A DNA stretch of 64,000 nt from Raillietiella orientalis (Eukaryota). The stretch spans positions 3,596,001 through 3,660,000 of the forward strand of contig JAYWIR010000005.1 of the NCBI GenBank assembly GCA_036172245.1, given 5' to 3'. The notes beneath the pieces were generated by a model, which was not told the DNA's origin, did no database searches, and worked only from the letters and a program-made list of their open reading frames with translations. The position numbers were made by a program, and so were the translations under genes. This document shows positions 22,200 through 34,534 of this stretch, piece by piece; position 1 is the stretch's first letter; every line of letters begins with the position of its first letter.

Positions 22200-23010
22200 A
22201 GAAGACCTAAAGAAGATCAAGTGGAGGGTTCACGGACACGCCCGACTTGATTTCTGAACGTCCGGAGCAAGGGGGCAAAGAACAAACACAAAAATAAATT
22301 GAGGGGCAAGGGTAGGATTTTTGGCTTCTCCCGTTCCTTCATGAAACACCTGGAAAAGTCCGGAACGGACGGAAGTGGGTAGTAAACAATTACATTAAAA
22401 GGAGGGCGGTTCAAGGGTCACTGGTAATGTCTGTTCCTTTCTTTCAGAAGCGGGGCAGAATATCGGCGATCTCCTTCTTGACTTCCACGTCCAGGTAAGG
22501 CCACCTGGCAGCCGTCCTCATGTAGACAATTGCGATGCTGGAGGCCTCTTCTCGTTGCGTCCGAGACTCCGGCAAATGACAGGCTGCAACGATGGCACGA
22601 ATGCAACATGTCGTCGCCATCACGACGCCTGTCGCGGTTCCACTTCTCGAGAAGAAACGCCGCAGCAAGGCCGTCGCTGTGTCTTCGGTGTGCGCAGGAG
22701 TGCTGAGTTCAGCATACGCCAAAGTTCCTGGAGGCCAACAAAAGGTGCGGGAACGCTTCCATCGCCCCGCACTTCAAACAGTTCGGGACACAACAGCCCC
22801 TGAAATCCGGTTCCTATGTTGGTTGCACTGGAAACCACAGTGCAGAAACAGCAGGACGTCCTGTTTCGGTTTCAGCGGGAACACGGAAGCGTTTATACAT
22901 AGGGGAGAGACAACAAGTTTGCCGGAGGCCTCTCTGATCAGCTTGTCCCATCGGAGCAGTCCCTTCGCCCTATGACGTGGAGTGGTGGGGTTCACCAACT
23001 CATCGCCTTC
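22200..23010 (-). mobile_element. Decayed 3' end of an element-A-like retrotransposon
   Basis: TPRHRAKGLLRW, ASVFPLKPKQDVLLFLHCGFQCNQ and CCIRAI align with the C-terminus of element A. Confidence 0.8.
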
Positions 23011-23734
23011 CAGCTTTCTTGGAGTTTTGTTTTTCCTGGTGCAGGACAACCTCGTCGGTAGGTAACTGTTGTCACTGCCCTTAGGGCAGACAGTGATGCC
23101 GTAAGAGGTGTGGCGGCTAGAAAGACAGATCTCTCCGTGTTCTGCAGTACATATTCCAATAGCAGGTTGTCGAAGTACCGCAGGCGGCGAAGTATTTATG
23201 GGCTCAGTCCCACTGTAGAAGCCCAGGAGATGAACACCAATAGAGATAAACACGATTCATTAGCGTGAACAAGAACAGAGTAAAGAAGAGTTTGGCTTTG
23301 GGGGATCCCTCGTTAAAAGCACACTCTTGCTTCGGACCTACCGAAGAGTCTGTAACCCTGCCGAACGGGAAGCTTCACAGATTTGAGAAGAACTTGACCT
23401 CCGAGTTCACTAAAACGATCGGGCGTTAGTTGTAAGGGCTGCGAAGGTCTCTGAATTTCCAAAGAGGCTCCTCCGCTTGGAATCCGCTTGTTTTTCTCAC
23501 CAGCCGTGTCGATGGTCGCAGCACCAAGTGGCCTGGTTCCTCCACGATACTCTTAGAGAAATCCGTAAAAGGTATTCTTCTATCGCGTGCTTCGCTTTTG
23601 AGCGCAGCGATGGCAGATGGTCGTTTAGACGGGCACGTTCCTCCCCACCAATCGAGAGAGAGCTTCCCAGAGAGAAGAGTATAGCTTCCCGTGATACTCT
23701 GCTCTCGAGCAGGACGTCCACACACAAGTGCAGA

Positions 23735-23766
23735 GCTTCTCGGCCTTTTGACTAAGATCAAAGTGT
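23735..23766 (+). pseudogene. U2: 5' fragment of U2 snRNA (approximately nt 4-35)
   Basis: GCTTCTCGGCCTTTTGACTAAGATCAAAGTGT matches the recalled U2 5' end ATCGCTTCTCGGCCTTTTGGCTAAGATCAA(A)GTGTAGTA with one substitution. Similarity stops inside the branch-point-pairing GTAGTA. Confidence 0.8.
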
Positions 23767-25049
23767 CAGAACCGCGTGCTTTGGCTCACTTCCTACCGCA
23801 GCTGAGGGTGCGAAGGCACCTCGCGCTCGAATTCTACTTTAAAACTTGGGGTCATAGGATCAAAAAAGGGGTGAGCGCACTTCGTACTTTGTTCATTAGA
23901 CGCCTCCGGAGCATTCTTACTCGGATTGATGAATTTCTGACCATTACAATTGTACTACTGACCAACGGGGAGTTTTCCCTTTATCGACCTTCCTCAGCAT
24001 CAGAGCAAGTACAATCATTGACAGCAAATGCTGACATCAGTCTTGAATGAGTACGAGTGCATAGTCGAGATGGAGGTCAATAAAGACACAAGAACAGTTA
24101 ACAGTATTATCTAGAGAGACGGAAAATCTTGTAATGATAGGAAGCTCTCCAACACTCTATTGCATTCAAAATGCTCCTTGTTTGTCGACGTCAGGGAGTG
24201 GACACTGATTGCAATAGACGGGTGCATGAATCGGTCTTTATATCCGAAATCTCCACTCCATGGTTCGCGACCTCCGACAGAGGAATGTGGAATTGCAAGA
24301 GCCCCAAATAAAAGGAGGTTCTGTTATGAATTTTGAACAGAGATACACTCCTCGGAAAGGCCTGTACGATTGCTCACGAGTGCCTAGGCACACTTTGCCT
24401 GGAATATGCTAACGGACTTGTCTCGCATCAGATCCACAAGTCTGCAGTGCCTTCGACTCGAGCTTCGACTGAAATAGTTCTTTTGTCTACAGTCTGCACA
24501 CCAATGTGGCTGCATCCGTCCACTAAGGTGGAAGAGCTATAGGAGATGTGAGGATTGGAAAACGCTCTTTGTGTACGACCGATTAGTATGGCACAGAGGA
24601 CAAAAGCGTGATTTCAAGCAAGGATTGCGGGTCAGAGATCCCGCGTGAACAAGGAATTTAAGTTGGAGCTGCCATACAAGAAAGGTCTCTCTTATAATTG
24701 TGACACTGCATGCTCTTCCGTCAAAGGGCAGGCCAAACAACAAAGAGATGGATAAGAGCATGAAAGATTCTCGATTTGCACTAAGGATAGGTTCCTAAGA
24801 CGGAATGAGAAGCAATTCCCACCTCATGACTGTTAGATACCCCGGTTGGCCTTCAAGAGCCGCAACCTCACCAAGGACCACCCAACTGATGGTTGTCCAC
24901 CTAACTGCTCCCACTTTGAGTATGGTGACGGAAAACGTCTTCCGTGAATTTTCAAATTGTGGAACCGTACACACGCTATGACTTATCCTTTCATTGGACA
25001 TGAAAGGCCTTTCAGCGGCCTAATTGCAGCGCGTTTCGTGTTGAAGGAA

Positions 25050-25560
25050 GGAGAGCGGTGACTTCACATCCTGCAGTAGGCAAAAGTTCGTCTACTTGTG
25101 GTAAGTGCAAAAACTGTAATGCTACAATGCACCTAAGAAAAAGGTGGTCACATATGGATTACAGCCAGCTCAAAACAGAGAAGAATTGCACCCATTTTCA
25201 AAAAATACGCTACCAACTACTGCAGCAAGGAACCCAGACAACAAGCGCTCGGAAAAACCGGAAGAAACAAAACAAAAAATGTAGTTCCAAGCAGAAGCGG
25301 CACCTGCAGCCGCCCAATCAAGTCATTTGGGCATCCTCGCAATCCCGAGATGACACTGCCAAGGAACCTAGCAGCAAGGAGAGATGGCGGCAGCTGGCAG
25401 AGAATAAGAGCAAAATTCAAAACGGACAACCTGCTATTTGCGTCGAGCAAACACAGCACAATTCAAAGATGCGCGTCTGCACCGTCCAGCTGGAGCCCAT
25501 GTCCGCGATCTAAGGGGCCAGCGGAGCAGAAGTCTCTGTCTGCCTCCGCAGAAGACGACT
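25050..25560 (+). pseudogene. Decayed ORF1 remnant
   Basis: CKNCNATMHLRKR, ERWRQL and KMRVCTVQLEPM parallel CGYCDAVGHLRKR, EGWQL and KLRECSVALDRV in element B. Confidence 0.62.
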
Positions 25561-27289
25561 CGCGACAGAGTCTCGAGCTTTAGGAAAAGTGCAGATGCTC
25601 AAAGTATAAAGGCAACGTGCATCATTCCATGTTGTGAACTGCTGACACATAACACAATGTGACCACTTCCTTTAGCGAATTCGGCGTTCCTACCGATGGC
25701 AATGAGTTTGCTGCTGCCCGCTCTTCGTACCCGCATTCAATAGCCCCTTAGGTAGGTGAATTGTCTTTCGGGAACTCAGCTCTGCACTTTGACCGCAATC
25801 CCCTACAAGTGCGTGCAATATCCAAGGTACTTATAGCCAATATGCAAGAGTTTCCAGCCTGCTTCCAGTCTCAGAAGAGGAAATTCATCCAGAGAACGGA
25901 GTGTTCGAATGTGGATGTCGTGCATTTGGCAAAACTCCCGGTTCTTTCCACGGACGGAATTGGAGTCTAAAGCGCCTTAAACACCTTTTCCGCTCGGACC
26001 GTGCGTGGAATTCACGAGCTGTGCAGGCATCCTTCTTTCTTTGCCAAATGCTTTAGCAGTGTGCAACCATAGACGCAATCCTCACTACCAGCGAAAGAGC
26101 GACAACCGTTACTGAAACGATAATCGTTTCGGTAGCGATTTCTTCTCTCCGAAAAGCCATACTGATCAATGGCTTCTGTAAGGAGGTGCCTTTGAATCTT
26201 CAGTTCTCTTGCCATTTGCAGAATCCATTCGTAGCAAGCTCTTCTTGCAGGATTGCTTTCCAAATGGAAAGAAGCCGAGTTTCAGCAGCCCTGATTGGCA
26301 GAACTATGGCTAGCTAATCGGAATCGTGACCAATGTAGCATCAAGTGTCGTCCACAATCATCTGTTTGGAGACAGGAGAACCTCGATGAGCATAAATTTA
26401 GGATAAAATTCTGCACTGCCCTGAGTGAGAGGGCTCTTCATCGTTGCATGTCTACCTGGTCTGCGCTACCACCATTAGCAAGTCTTCCTTCGAGATCACT
26501 GCTAAATAATGAAAACGGTGGAGCAGATTCAACAACCAAGGATCCATCGACGCACGGAACCCGTTTCAGCTGCTTTGCTTGAATCGACATGCTGAAGATA
26601 TACTCAGATACCACGTGCAAAGAAATGACAAAGCAGTCCGAGACACTGAAAACCGTCCTTGAAGTGCTCTGAACCGCTGTGGCTCTGTTTCGCAAAAGAA
26701 AACAGTGCCACAGCGGTTCCTACGTAGCTGTGATTTGCGACACATCTCATAAATTTCTGCGTGAAAAACGAGCATGAATAAAAAGTGAATATCCACTCAA
26801 CAAAACGGCATTGACATCGCCTCACGAGAAACATTCGATTCAGGGCATCCCTTGCTTGGATCGCGGAACAAGGCGGAATACGCTGTAGAATCAAAGTTCA
26901 TTCCGTTCATGAATCCACCAATGCTGAGCAGCCAGCAGATGGATGAGACAAGCGAGAGATTCGGGTGGTGATTTGCATCAAAAGAACGTTGTGAGCAAGC
27001 GGCGGAGAAAAAAGTCTGCTCCGAAAATTACCGCCAAGCCCAAAGCTACCACAAACAAGAAAAACTTAATTCATCCTTCAGTCTTGAACTCCACGGCGTT
27101 CTAGAGCACCCAAACTTCCAGGGTACCTTCTCCCTGCACATAACAGAAAATTCAGTTTATTTCCAGAGATCAAACAAACAGTGAAGATCCTTGCGTTTCA
27201 ACAAAATATGCCCGTGCACGGCGACTAAGAGAGAATGCCGCAGGAAGAGAAGAAATTGGGACGTTGAGCAGTGTGTCAGCTGGCTGCAG

Positions 27290-27900
27290 TTGTCAGCTAC
27301 GCTGCCCTCTAAACAGACCCTTCCCCTGGGCAGATCTCCTGGATATGCCCTTGGATGTGCTGCACAAGCTCACAGTATTTTTCTGCTTTTTCCCTGAAGT
27401 GGCAGGACTCAGCGTTGCAAGAGTTGCTTAGCGCGTTCCCATGCGACGTGCGCCTCCACCGCCTGCTGGGCCGGGAACAATGTAGCCCCATTCTGTAGCA
27501 CGTGTGATGAAAGAGAAACATTCCCGCACCTGCTTTTAAAGAAAATTGCCCTGCAGGGTGCTTGGAAAGGTCAGGTTGCGTTCCTGGATTCATCCGGAGA
27601 CGAAACGAAGAGCCCGCGAAGAAGCCTGTATGCTCGTGGCAGGATGTCTCCCCTGCGGGGCCGATAGCACCTCTGTGCTGCTGCTTGCGTGGTGTCGTGG
27701 CAGATCGAATCCTCAATGACACAGGACGGACGGCCAAACACACGATCCCGATGGTGGTCTCCTTTTTGAGGATGACCATGAGATGGTCTCATAACACTTG
27801 GCACGAAGAGAAACTTGCCATCATCCTCCCCAATAATTCAAGGGTTGCCCTGGCAGTATTCCTAATCCCTTCCTGCCTTCGCCTCCCAACCCTTTGTGAA
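27290..27900 (+). mobile_element. Decayed 3' end of an element-C-like retrotransposon
   Basis: PLKWQDSAL, CSTCDERETFPHL and PLCCCLRGVV match the C-termini of elements C and D. Confidence 0.68.
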
Positions 27901-28707
27901 ACTTATATATATTAGTACATATACACACTTTTATGCAAATATATATATATAAATACATTTCTTATCTTTCGTTTTTGTTTACTCGCTCCCCTTCTTTTGC
28001 CTCTGCGTACATCTTTCGAGAAGCAGCCAGCGAGAAGCAGAATCTCCGAAATTCCCATCCTACTAAGAACTCTCAAAAAGCAGACAGTCGTCGTTCAGCA
28101 CCTGAGTAGTAAACAAAGCACTCTTCTTGCATTCGAAGAACTAGAAAAACGTTCGTGAAGACAAAAGTGCTAAAAGCCTTCGAAGAGTTGCCAAATTGCT
28201 TAAAAGGGGAAAACCTCGAGAGTGGACAGCACACAGCGACGCACACTCAAGCGGAGAAAAACACCAACGGAGATCAGTGCAGCCTCCAGGAGCAACATAA
28301 TTCATGATACACCAACGCTGGCAACCCACATACGGCAATTTCCTTGATGTCGAAGGAAACCACAACTTCCGGATCATTTCAGTCCATCTCTTCCAAAGAT
28401 GAGCACGCTGCCTGCATGCTTCAGTCAGAACACGGCAAATCCATGTTCTCCAACCGTGGAGGAAACCCTCCGGAGATTCAATGTAACTTACGATTTCCAC
28501 AACAGCAATAAGGCAGCAGCCGTTGCCATGGAAGAGGAGCGGAGCTAAAACTTGCTAGAACGAAGATACCTCGAAAGTGTGAGAAAGGTTATTCCGCATG
28601 CGTTTCTCCGATAGAGCGATTCGCTGTTCCACGAGTACAACCCTTTGCCCTTCACAATAAACAGAACACAAAACCGAAGAAACGAACAATGCTTTATTGA
28701 CAAAACC

Positions 28708-29666
28708 TCAGAACCTACATTCGCCGTAAACACAGTGTCCCTCTGGGCAATCAGAATCGCTTGTACAAACCGCAGTCCTTTGTACTTTCTTTCCATTTAT
28801 CTCTTGAGATACCTTTATAGGTCCATTACGAGGACTCCTGCAAGAAGAAAGTTCGAATGACAAGAAATGACAAGCATCTCACGGATCGACATTGCAAATT
28901 TGAAGACATGCTTCGAGAAAGCGGAGAATGACAAGCAGGTGAATCGAAAGAAACCCTTAGGGAAGAGGAAACCCTTCAGGACAGGAAAGTCCTCAGATAA
29001 GAAAAGTCCATAGTCCCAAGAGAATCCGGGAGCCCACAGATCCTGTAGCTCGAGTGCACACTAGACTTCACTCGTCCAAGTGTGCAGCTCGCCTGAAGTG
29101 CCAGGTTATTCATAACAACAGTTCCTTCCATGAGGACATACGCAGGAAACAAGCAGGTGAGGTCCGCTTTGAGTAGCTCACCTATCAGTGGATTTCCATT
29201 TAATGTCGTTTCCATCGGGATCGTATTGGCAGCTGACGTGCTTCGTGGTCAGGACTGAAAGTGCAGCAAATCACTCACTCGCTTGTGGCTCGCCTTCGCG
29301 CCAAGGTTCACGAACTAGGGTCGCGTCGCACTCGATCCCCACGGCAACAGGTCACAAATTTGCGTGCTCCCGACGAATGCTGGATGGGGCATTTCCGGAT
29401 CGACTAGGAATTCCCTATTCCTTTTCCGCACATGCCGCCGTTTCCAGCACTCAGAAAGACGCAACGGATGCTGCCCCGACGGAAGTTCCTTCGAGCACCT
29501 TCGGAAAAACTTCCCGCTGATACACAAAAGTGTTGCTTCTTCAAGGCGGAAAATGAGGTCAAGCAAGCGCACACCGCACGGTCACCCTTCACTCCGATTG
29601 CCCCTACTTACTGCAGTTCAGAACGAACATTCCCAGCAGAAGCGCACAAATATTGCGTTGCAACAT
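28708..29666 (-). CDS. Secreted cysteine-rich prepro-peptide, copy 4 (85 aa); exons 29666-29612, 29254-29182, 28837-28708
   Basis: Product MLQRNICALLLGMFVLNCILTTKHVSCQYDPDGNDIKWKSTDRSPRNGPIKVSQEINGKKVQRTAVCTSDSDCPEGHCVYGECRF*. AATAAA about 10 nt after the stop. Confidence 0.85.
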
Positions 29667-30740
29667 TCTGGTATCCACGATCTTCTCACGACGCGATGGT
29701 AACGAAAGCTAAGGAAGGAAAACTGCAGTTACAGAGTGCTGCGGGAACGCCCACCAAGTACGCGCGTACTCACGGTCCACGGATGCTTTACCACGGATCT
29801 GGCAACGGAGCTGAGGAGACACCGACGTGGAATCGAGGAAATTCTGCGATGACCAGCACTCTTTCCTGTGATGTAGCAATATTGCAGGAATGATGTGCGC
29901 ATTGGCCCAGAGGCCTTTAAATCCAGCTGCTCGCCATCCCGGAAGAGTTTCGAATTCCGCTGGATTTTCACGCTTGATGTTTTCGAGTCCCGTGCACATT
30001 TCTCTCCTCGCATCCGCCGGCCAGCGTGCCTAAAGGATTCTCGTGCGTGCATCCCACTTCTTGAGTAGCTCTCCTGGAATTTTACACCCGGGCATGCCGG
30101 GGCGTTAATTTAAGGAAAATAATTCAATTTGCATCTGAGTTTTTAGTCGAACACTAAATAACTTGAAGGGAAGAAGAGCCCACCGACTGTCCGGTGAGCG
30201 CAACTCTTAGCGGGGGACGAAAACGAAGGGACAAGAAACGAAGGAAGCGATGGGGACAGGGATTGACGTTGCTTGCCGTTTCTTTTTTTCCGAACAGGCT
30301 CTGTACATTGGCTTTACTGGTGCTTGTAGGCGTGTTCACCTTGCGGCCTCCCCCAAGTAGGAGGCTGCCATCGCCACGGACTCTCTCGTCTTCGCGTCTG
30401 GGGCGTCCGGAGCACACGGAGCACCGTGACGGCCACGCGGATGGAACACTTTGTCGCGATCAGTGTGCCGAGACCAGTGTCGAGAGTGCGTCGTGCACGA
30501 AGCTTCGGGGAAACAGCTCACGGGCAGCGTGCTGCTGGTGCGGGAGCGCTCATGCCAGGCAGCACCACGTTCAACGGGGGGCACTGCAGTACAAAAGAGG
30601 GTGCAAGACCGGTGCCACCTACCCACATACGGCGCAGTACAGGAATGCGACCCTTCTGGAAACAAGGTGGAGTCACCGATTCCATTGCTATCCCCGGTGC
30701 AGAAACTGCAGAACATCCTGCCTCCAGCTTGAAGGAAATA
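28813..30740 (-). repeat. Inverted duplication of ~1.9 kb; partner ~38750-40665 (+)
   Basis: Mirror-image ORFs (29432..29893 vs 39585..40046; 30154..30417 vs 39061..39324). Identity ends 25 nt into peptide exon 3. Confidence 0.93.
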
Positions 30741-33105
30741 TATGGCTACCTCGATGGAAGAAAACTTCATTCTTTTTCCGTAAAGAAGGCAGAAATGTGC
30801 GGGAATCACAAATGTCCAAAAGATTCTTGCTCGCTCGAAATGGACTACAACTATGGTCCGGTCAAGCGAATCGACCGACCCCTCTCTGCAGCAAGAAACA
30901 TTGGTGACCCAGACTAACGTTCCGGGGGACATCTGTGGTCCGATACTTAGCACAGCAACCCGAAGGGAAATTCGATAAGCCGAAATCGCGATGGCGAGCA
31001 TCAGTGCGGAGCTCCTGGAAGAATTCCGTATTCCCTTGTCCAACCACGCGAGCCGAAGCGCAGAAATCCAAGGCAATCCATGAGGTCGGAAAAAGGAGGT
31101 TCCGCTTTCTTGCTCTTTGTCAGAAAGCTGGATGCACTGGATGAACAGCAACGGCATCTTCCTGCAGCCCCTCAGGGCGTGCTTAGCGGAAATCACTTGG
31201 ATGTTTCTGCATTTTTCAACGGAAATCAAGGCGCACGGCGACAAGTTCGGGGCACCTCCGTCCCAGGGCACGGGTCAAGCGAGCGCGCTTTGTGCACGCA
31301 TGGGGAGCGACAGTGGTCCGTTCGCCTGCATTGGGAAGGAACCTTGTGTCAAAGAAAGGGAACTCGGTTGCTGAAACAAGTCCAGTTTGACGGCTCACAA
31401 GTGCGACACCAACGTCGTCCACGTGACGGGAGATGCCCGTTCGATCGCCGCGTGTGCGCCCTCGACATGATGACCACGAGGGGAATCGCATCGAGAGCAC
31501 CTTTTATCTCGGCTCTGGAGATTGATGAAGCAGTCCTTTCGTCTCTGGTGCTGGAAATCGAAAAGCAACTGGATCGTCCCTTGAACGCCAAAGGTTCGAA
31601 GCGTGCGCAAGTGCAATCCTGGACACGTTTGACGGCTCGAACACGACCGGGATGCCCAAGGCAACGTGGCATCAATGAGCAGTTTGCCGCAAGCCCCAGC
31701 TCCAATCCTGACATCGGAACTCAAATCCGAAAGCGTAGGCGGCTGCGCCACCTACGCTTTCGGATTTTCTTCTACCTTTGTCGCCTGGCGTTATGGGCAT
31801 CGGCAGTGCGTTGCATCGGCACCCCCTGAGCAGTGCACCCGCGGTCAGCTGACTCGGTGCTGCAAGACGGAGAGCGCCACCGGAATCGCTCCATAGCGAG
31901 GTGTAGAGATCTGACGTTCCTGCAAGCAAAATATGGAACTGACCATTGACTTCCGTTGTTCGAGAATGTGGAACGGGCCTGCAGCTTGTTGAGGGTCTTT
32001 CGAAAGAAATTTGGCCGCATTTTCACACCTTGGATCGTGTGATGCTTTTTCATGTTCGGTATGATAAAATGTAACACGTTGGTGTTGCAACTTTCGTGGT
32101 TACTGGGGTTGATAAAGCGAGAGCTGCAAACTTCTTTGTGGCTCTATTGAGGCTTTTGAAATGTTCGTTCCTGTAGCATGGAGCATCGTCCAGGGTACAC
32201 CGGGTCACCTTTGCAATGATGCGGAGAAAGGCGATCTTTTGTAAGTGAGCGCATTGGCTTCTGTGCTGCCACCGTTGGATGCAATTTGCACACTTCTTTA
32301 AATTTGCTGTTTTTCCTAATATTCGATTTTGCCGCAGATCATATATCAGCTGGAGACTCCTGATAGCTGTGTTTTTATCTTGCTATATTTTTGCTGCTGC
32401 TGCTCTGAGAACAAAGAAAACGATGTAAACTTGAAGTCAGTCATTCCTGAGTTTGAGACTCAAGTAATTAGAATTAGGAGGCGAATGTGAACCAGGCATA
32501 TATTGCATTCGTTTTCTATTTGTGTATGCTGTTTTGTTTGGAACTCCAGAATACAGTCCGGAGGTTGCATGAATCGCAGTGGGTGCTCTGCGGCTGTGAT
32601 TAGGAGTGATATTTCAGCCGGTCTGCTCAAGTACTGGATTTCGCACATGAGCAACTACTGAGCCTGCCGTTTGCCGATGCTTTAAGTGAACTGTTTACGA
32701 AACTCGTGGTCATCTTGCTTGAAGATCAAGTGGGAGGCATAACTCCTGTGCGATTGCAGGCAGCGCGATCTTTGTGACGCATTCTACTGTGCTAATGAGT
32801 TTTTTTCAGATTGTGAATTGGAAGGTGGTAACAGTGCCAATGATCCTGGTTGGGTATCGCAGAGAGTGGAGATTATGATTTATCTTTGCCTGTTTGAGCC
32901 ATAGTATGTAAAACACGGGTCATCGCAGAATTTTCTCGATTCCACGTCTGCGTCTCCTTACCTCCGTTGCCAGATCCGTGGTAAAGCATCCGTGGACCGT
33001 GAGTACGCGCGTACTTGGTGGGCGTTCCCGCAGCACTCTGTAACTGCAGTTTTCCTTCCTTAGCTTTCGTTACCATCGCGTCGTGAGAAGATCGTGGATA
33101 CCAGA

Positions 33106-34064
33106 ATGTTGCAACGCCATGTTTGTGCGCTTCTGCTCGGAATGTTTGTTCTGAACTGCCGTAAGTAGAGGCAATCGGAGTGAAGGGTGACCGTGCGGTG
33201 TGCGCTTGCTTGACCTCATTTTCCGCCTTGAAGAAGGAACACTTTTGTGTATCAGCGGGAAGTTTTTCCGAAGGTGCTCGAAGGAACTTCCGTCGGGGCA
33301 GCATCCGTTGCGTCTTTCTGAGTGCTGGAAACGGCGGCATGTGCGGAAAAGGAATAGGAAATTCCTAGTCGATGCGGAAATGCCCCATCCAGCATTCGTC
33401 GCGAGCACGCAAATTTGTGACCTGTTGCCGTGGGAATCGAGTGCGACGCGACCCTAGTTCGTGAACTTTGGCGCGAAGGCGAGCCACGAGCGAGTGAGTG
33501 ATTTGCTGCACTTTCAGTCCTGACCACGAAGCGCGTCAGCTGCCAAGACGATCCCGAGGAAGGCGACATTAAATGGAAACGCACTAATAGGTGAGCAGCA
33601 GAGGACGCATTTCGACTGCTTCTCCTCCGCGTATCTCCTTATGGAAGGAACTGTTCTGGAATCCTTAGCATTGAAGTCGAGTTGCACACTTGGACGGGTA
33701 AACTCCCGCGTGCACTGGAAGCAAGGAATTTGTTGTCTCGCGGATCTTCCTAGGGATTGGGACTTTGCTTTCATAATGGCTCTCTTCTTTCTTTCCTATT
33801 AGGATATCAGTTGCATCATGGAAATACAACTTTGCTCCTTCTGATTGTTTTCGCGAGAAACACGTGATGTGGTTCCGTGAACTACTTTCTGAATGTTTGA
33901 ATCTGTCTTATTCCAGCGATGATCGAGAAGACTTGATCAAATTGTGCCCGAAGAAAGAAGTTCCGTATCAAAATTTTGTAAAAAACAAGATTGTTTTGGT
34001 GGAATGTTTGGAGGATTCCGATTGCGAATTCGGAAGATGCTGCGACTTTTTATGCGTGAAGTAA
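33106..34064 (+). CDS. Secreted cysteine-rich prepro-peptide, copy 5 (91 aa, six Cys in exon 3); exons 33106-33160, 33518-33590, 33917-34064
   Basis: Product MLQRHVCALLLGMFVLNCLLTTKRVSCQDDPEEGDIKWKRTNSDDREDLIKLCPKKEVPYQNFVKNKIVLVECLEDSDCEFGRCCDFLCVK*. The shared upstream block is truncated at ~32918. Confidence 0.82.
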
Positions 34065-34327
34065 AGAGCTGTAATGAAACTGGCTCGTCTTGGAAGATTC
34101 TCGTTCTGCTCATTTTGAGGAATGGAAATTCGTACCAGTAGATCTGGGGTTTTCCAAATAAATGCCAGAAACTCCAAAGTGCCTTTCTGATAATTTAGGC
34201 TGATTTTTCTTTGTTCCAGGTAATTCTTATGTGAGGTCTCCGGCCCACATGTAAAGCCTTATAGCCAATGCAGGAATCATCGGGTGAATTCCAGCCTGGA
34301 ATTAGCTTCTTCTCCGCACGGGCTTGT

Positions 34328-34534
34328 ATCACCCGGGTGCGCCGGGGCGTTTATTAAAAACTATCCGGGAACAGAGTTCCTGGACAAAGGGAAAAACAAG
34401 AGACGAAGGGGGTGGGATCCCCGACACGCAGGTCGGTATGCCGAAAGTCCGGAACGGGAGGGAGGGGACCACAAATACACTACTATAAAAAATAAAAAGA
34501 AACTGGCTCGTGGGGTTAAAAAGAAACTACCTGG
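34328..34534 (-). mobile_element. 207-bp insertion of the element-A-type 3' UTR, flanked by a 15-16 bp target-site duplication
   Basis: CTCCGCACGGGCTTGT at 34312-34327 and 34535-34550. The paralogous empty site at ~15349-15363 has a single copy. Most of the insert matches 2500-2660 in reverse. Confidence 0.93.

Noticed and set aside
31480..31650. Possible Myb/SANT-like fragment (LVLEIEKQ...VQSWTRL)
   Set aside because: Resemblance is too weak to support without a profile search.
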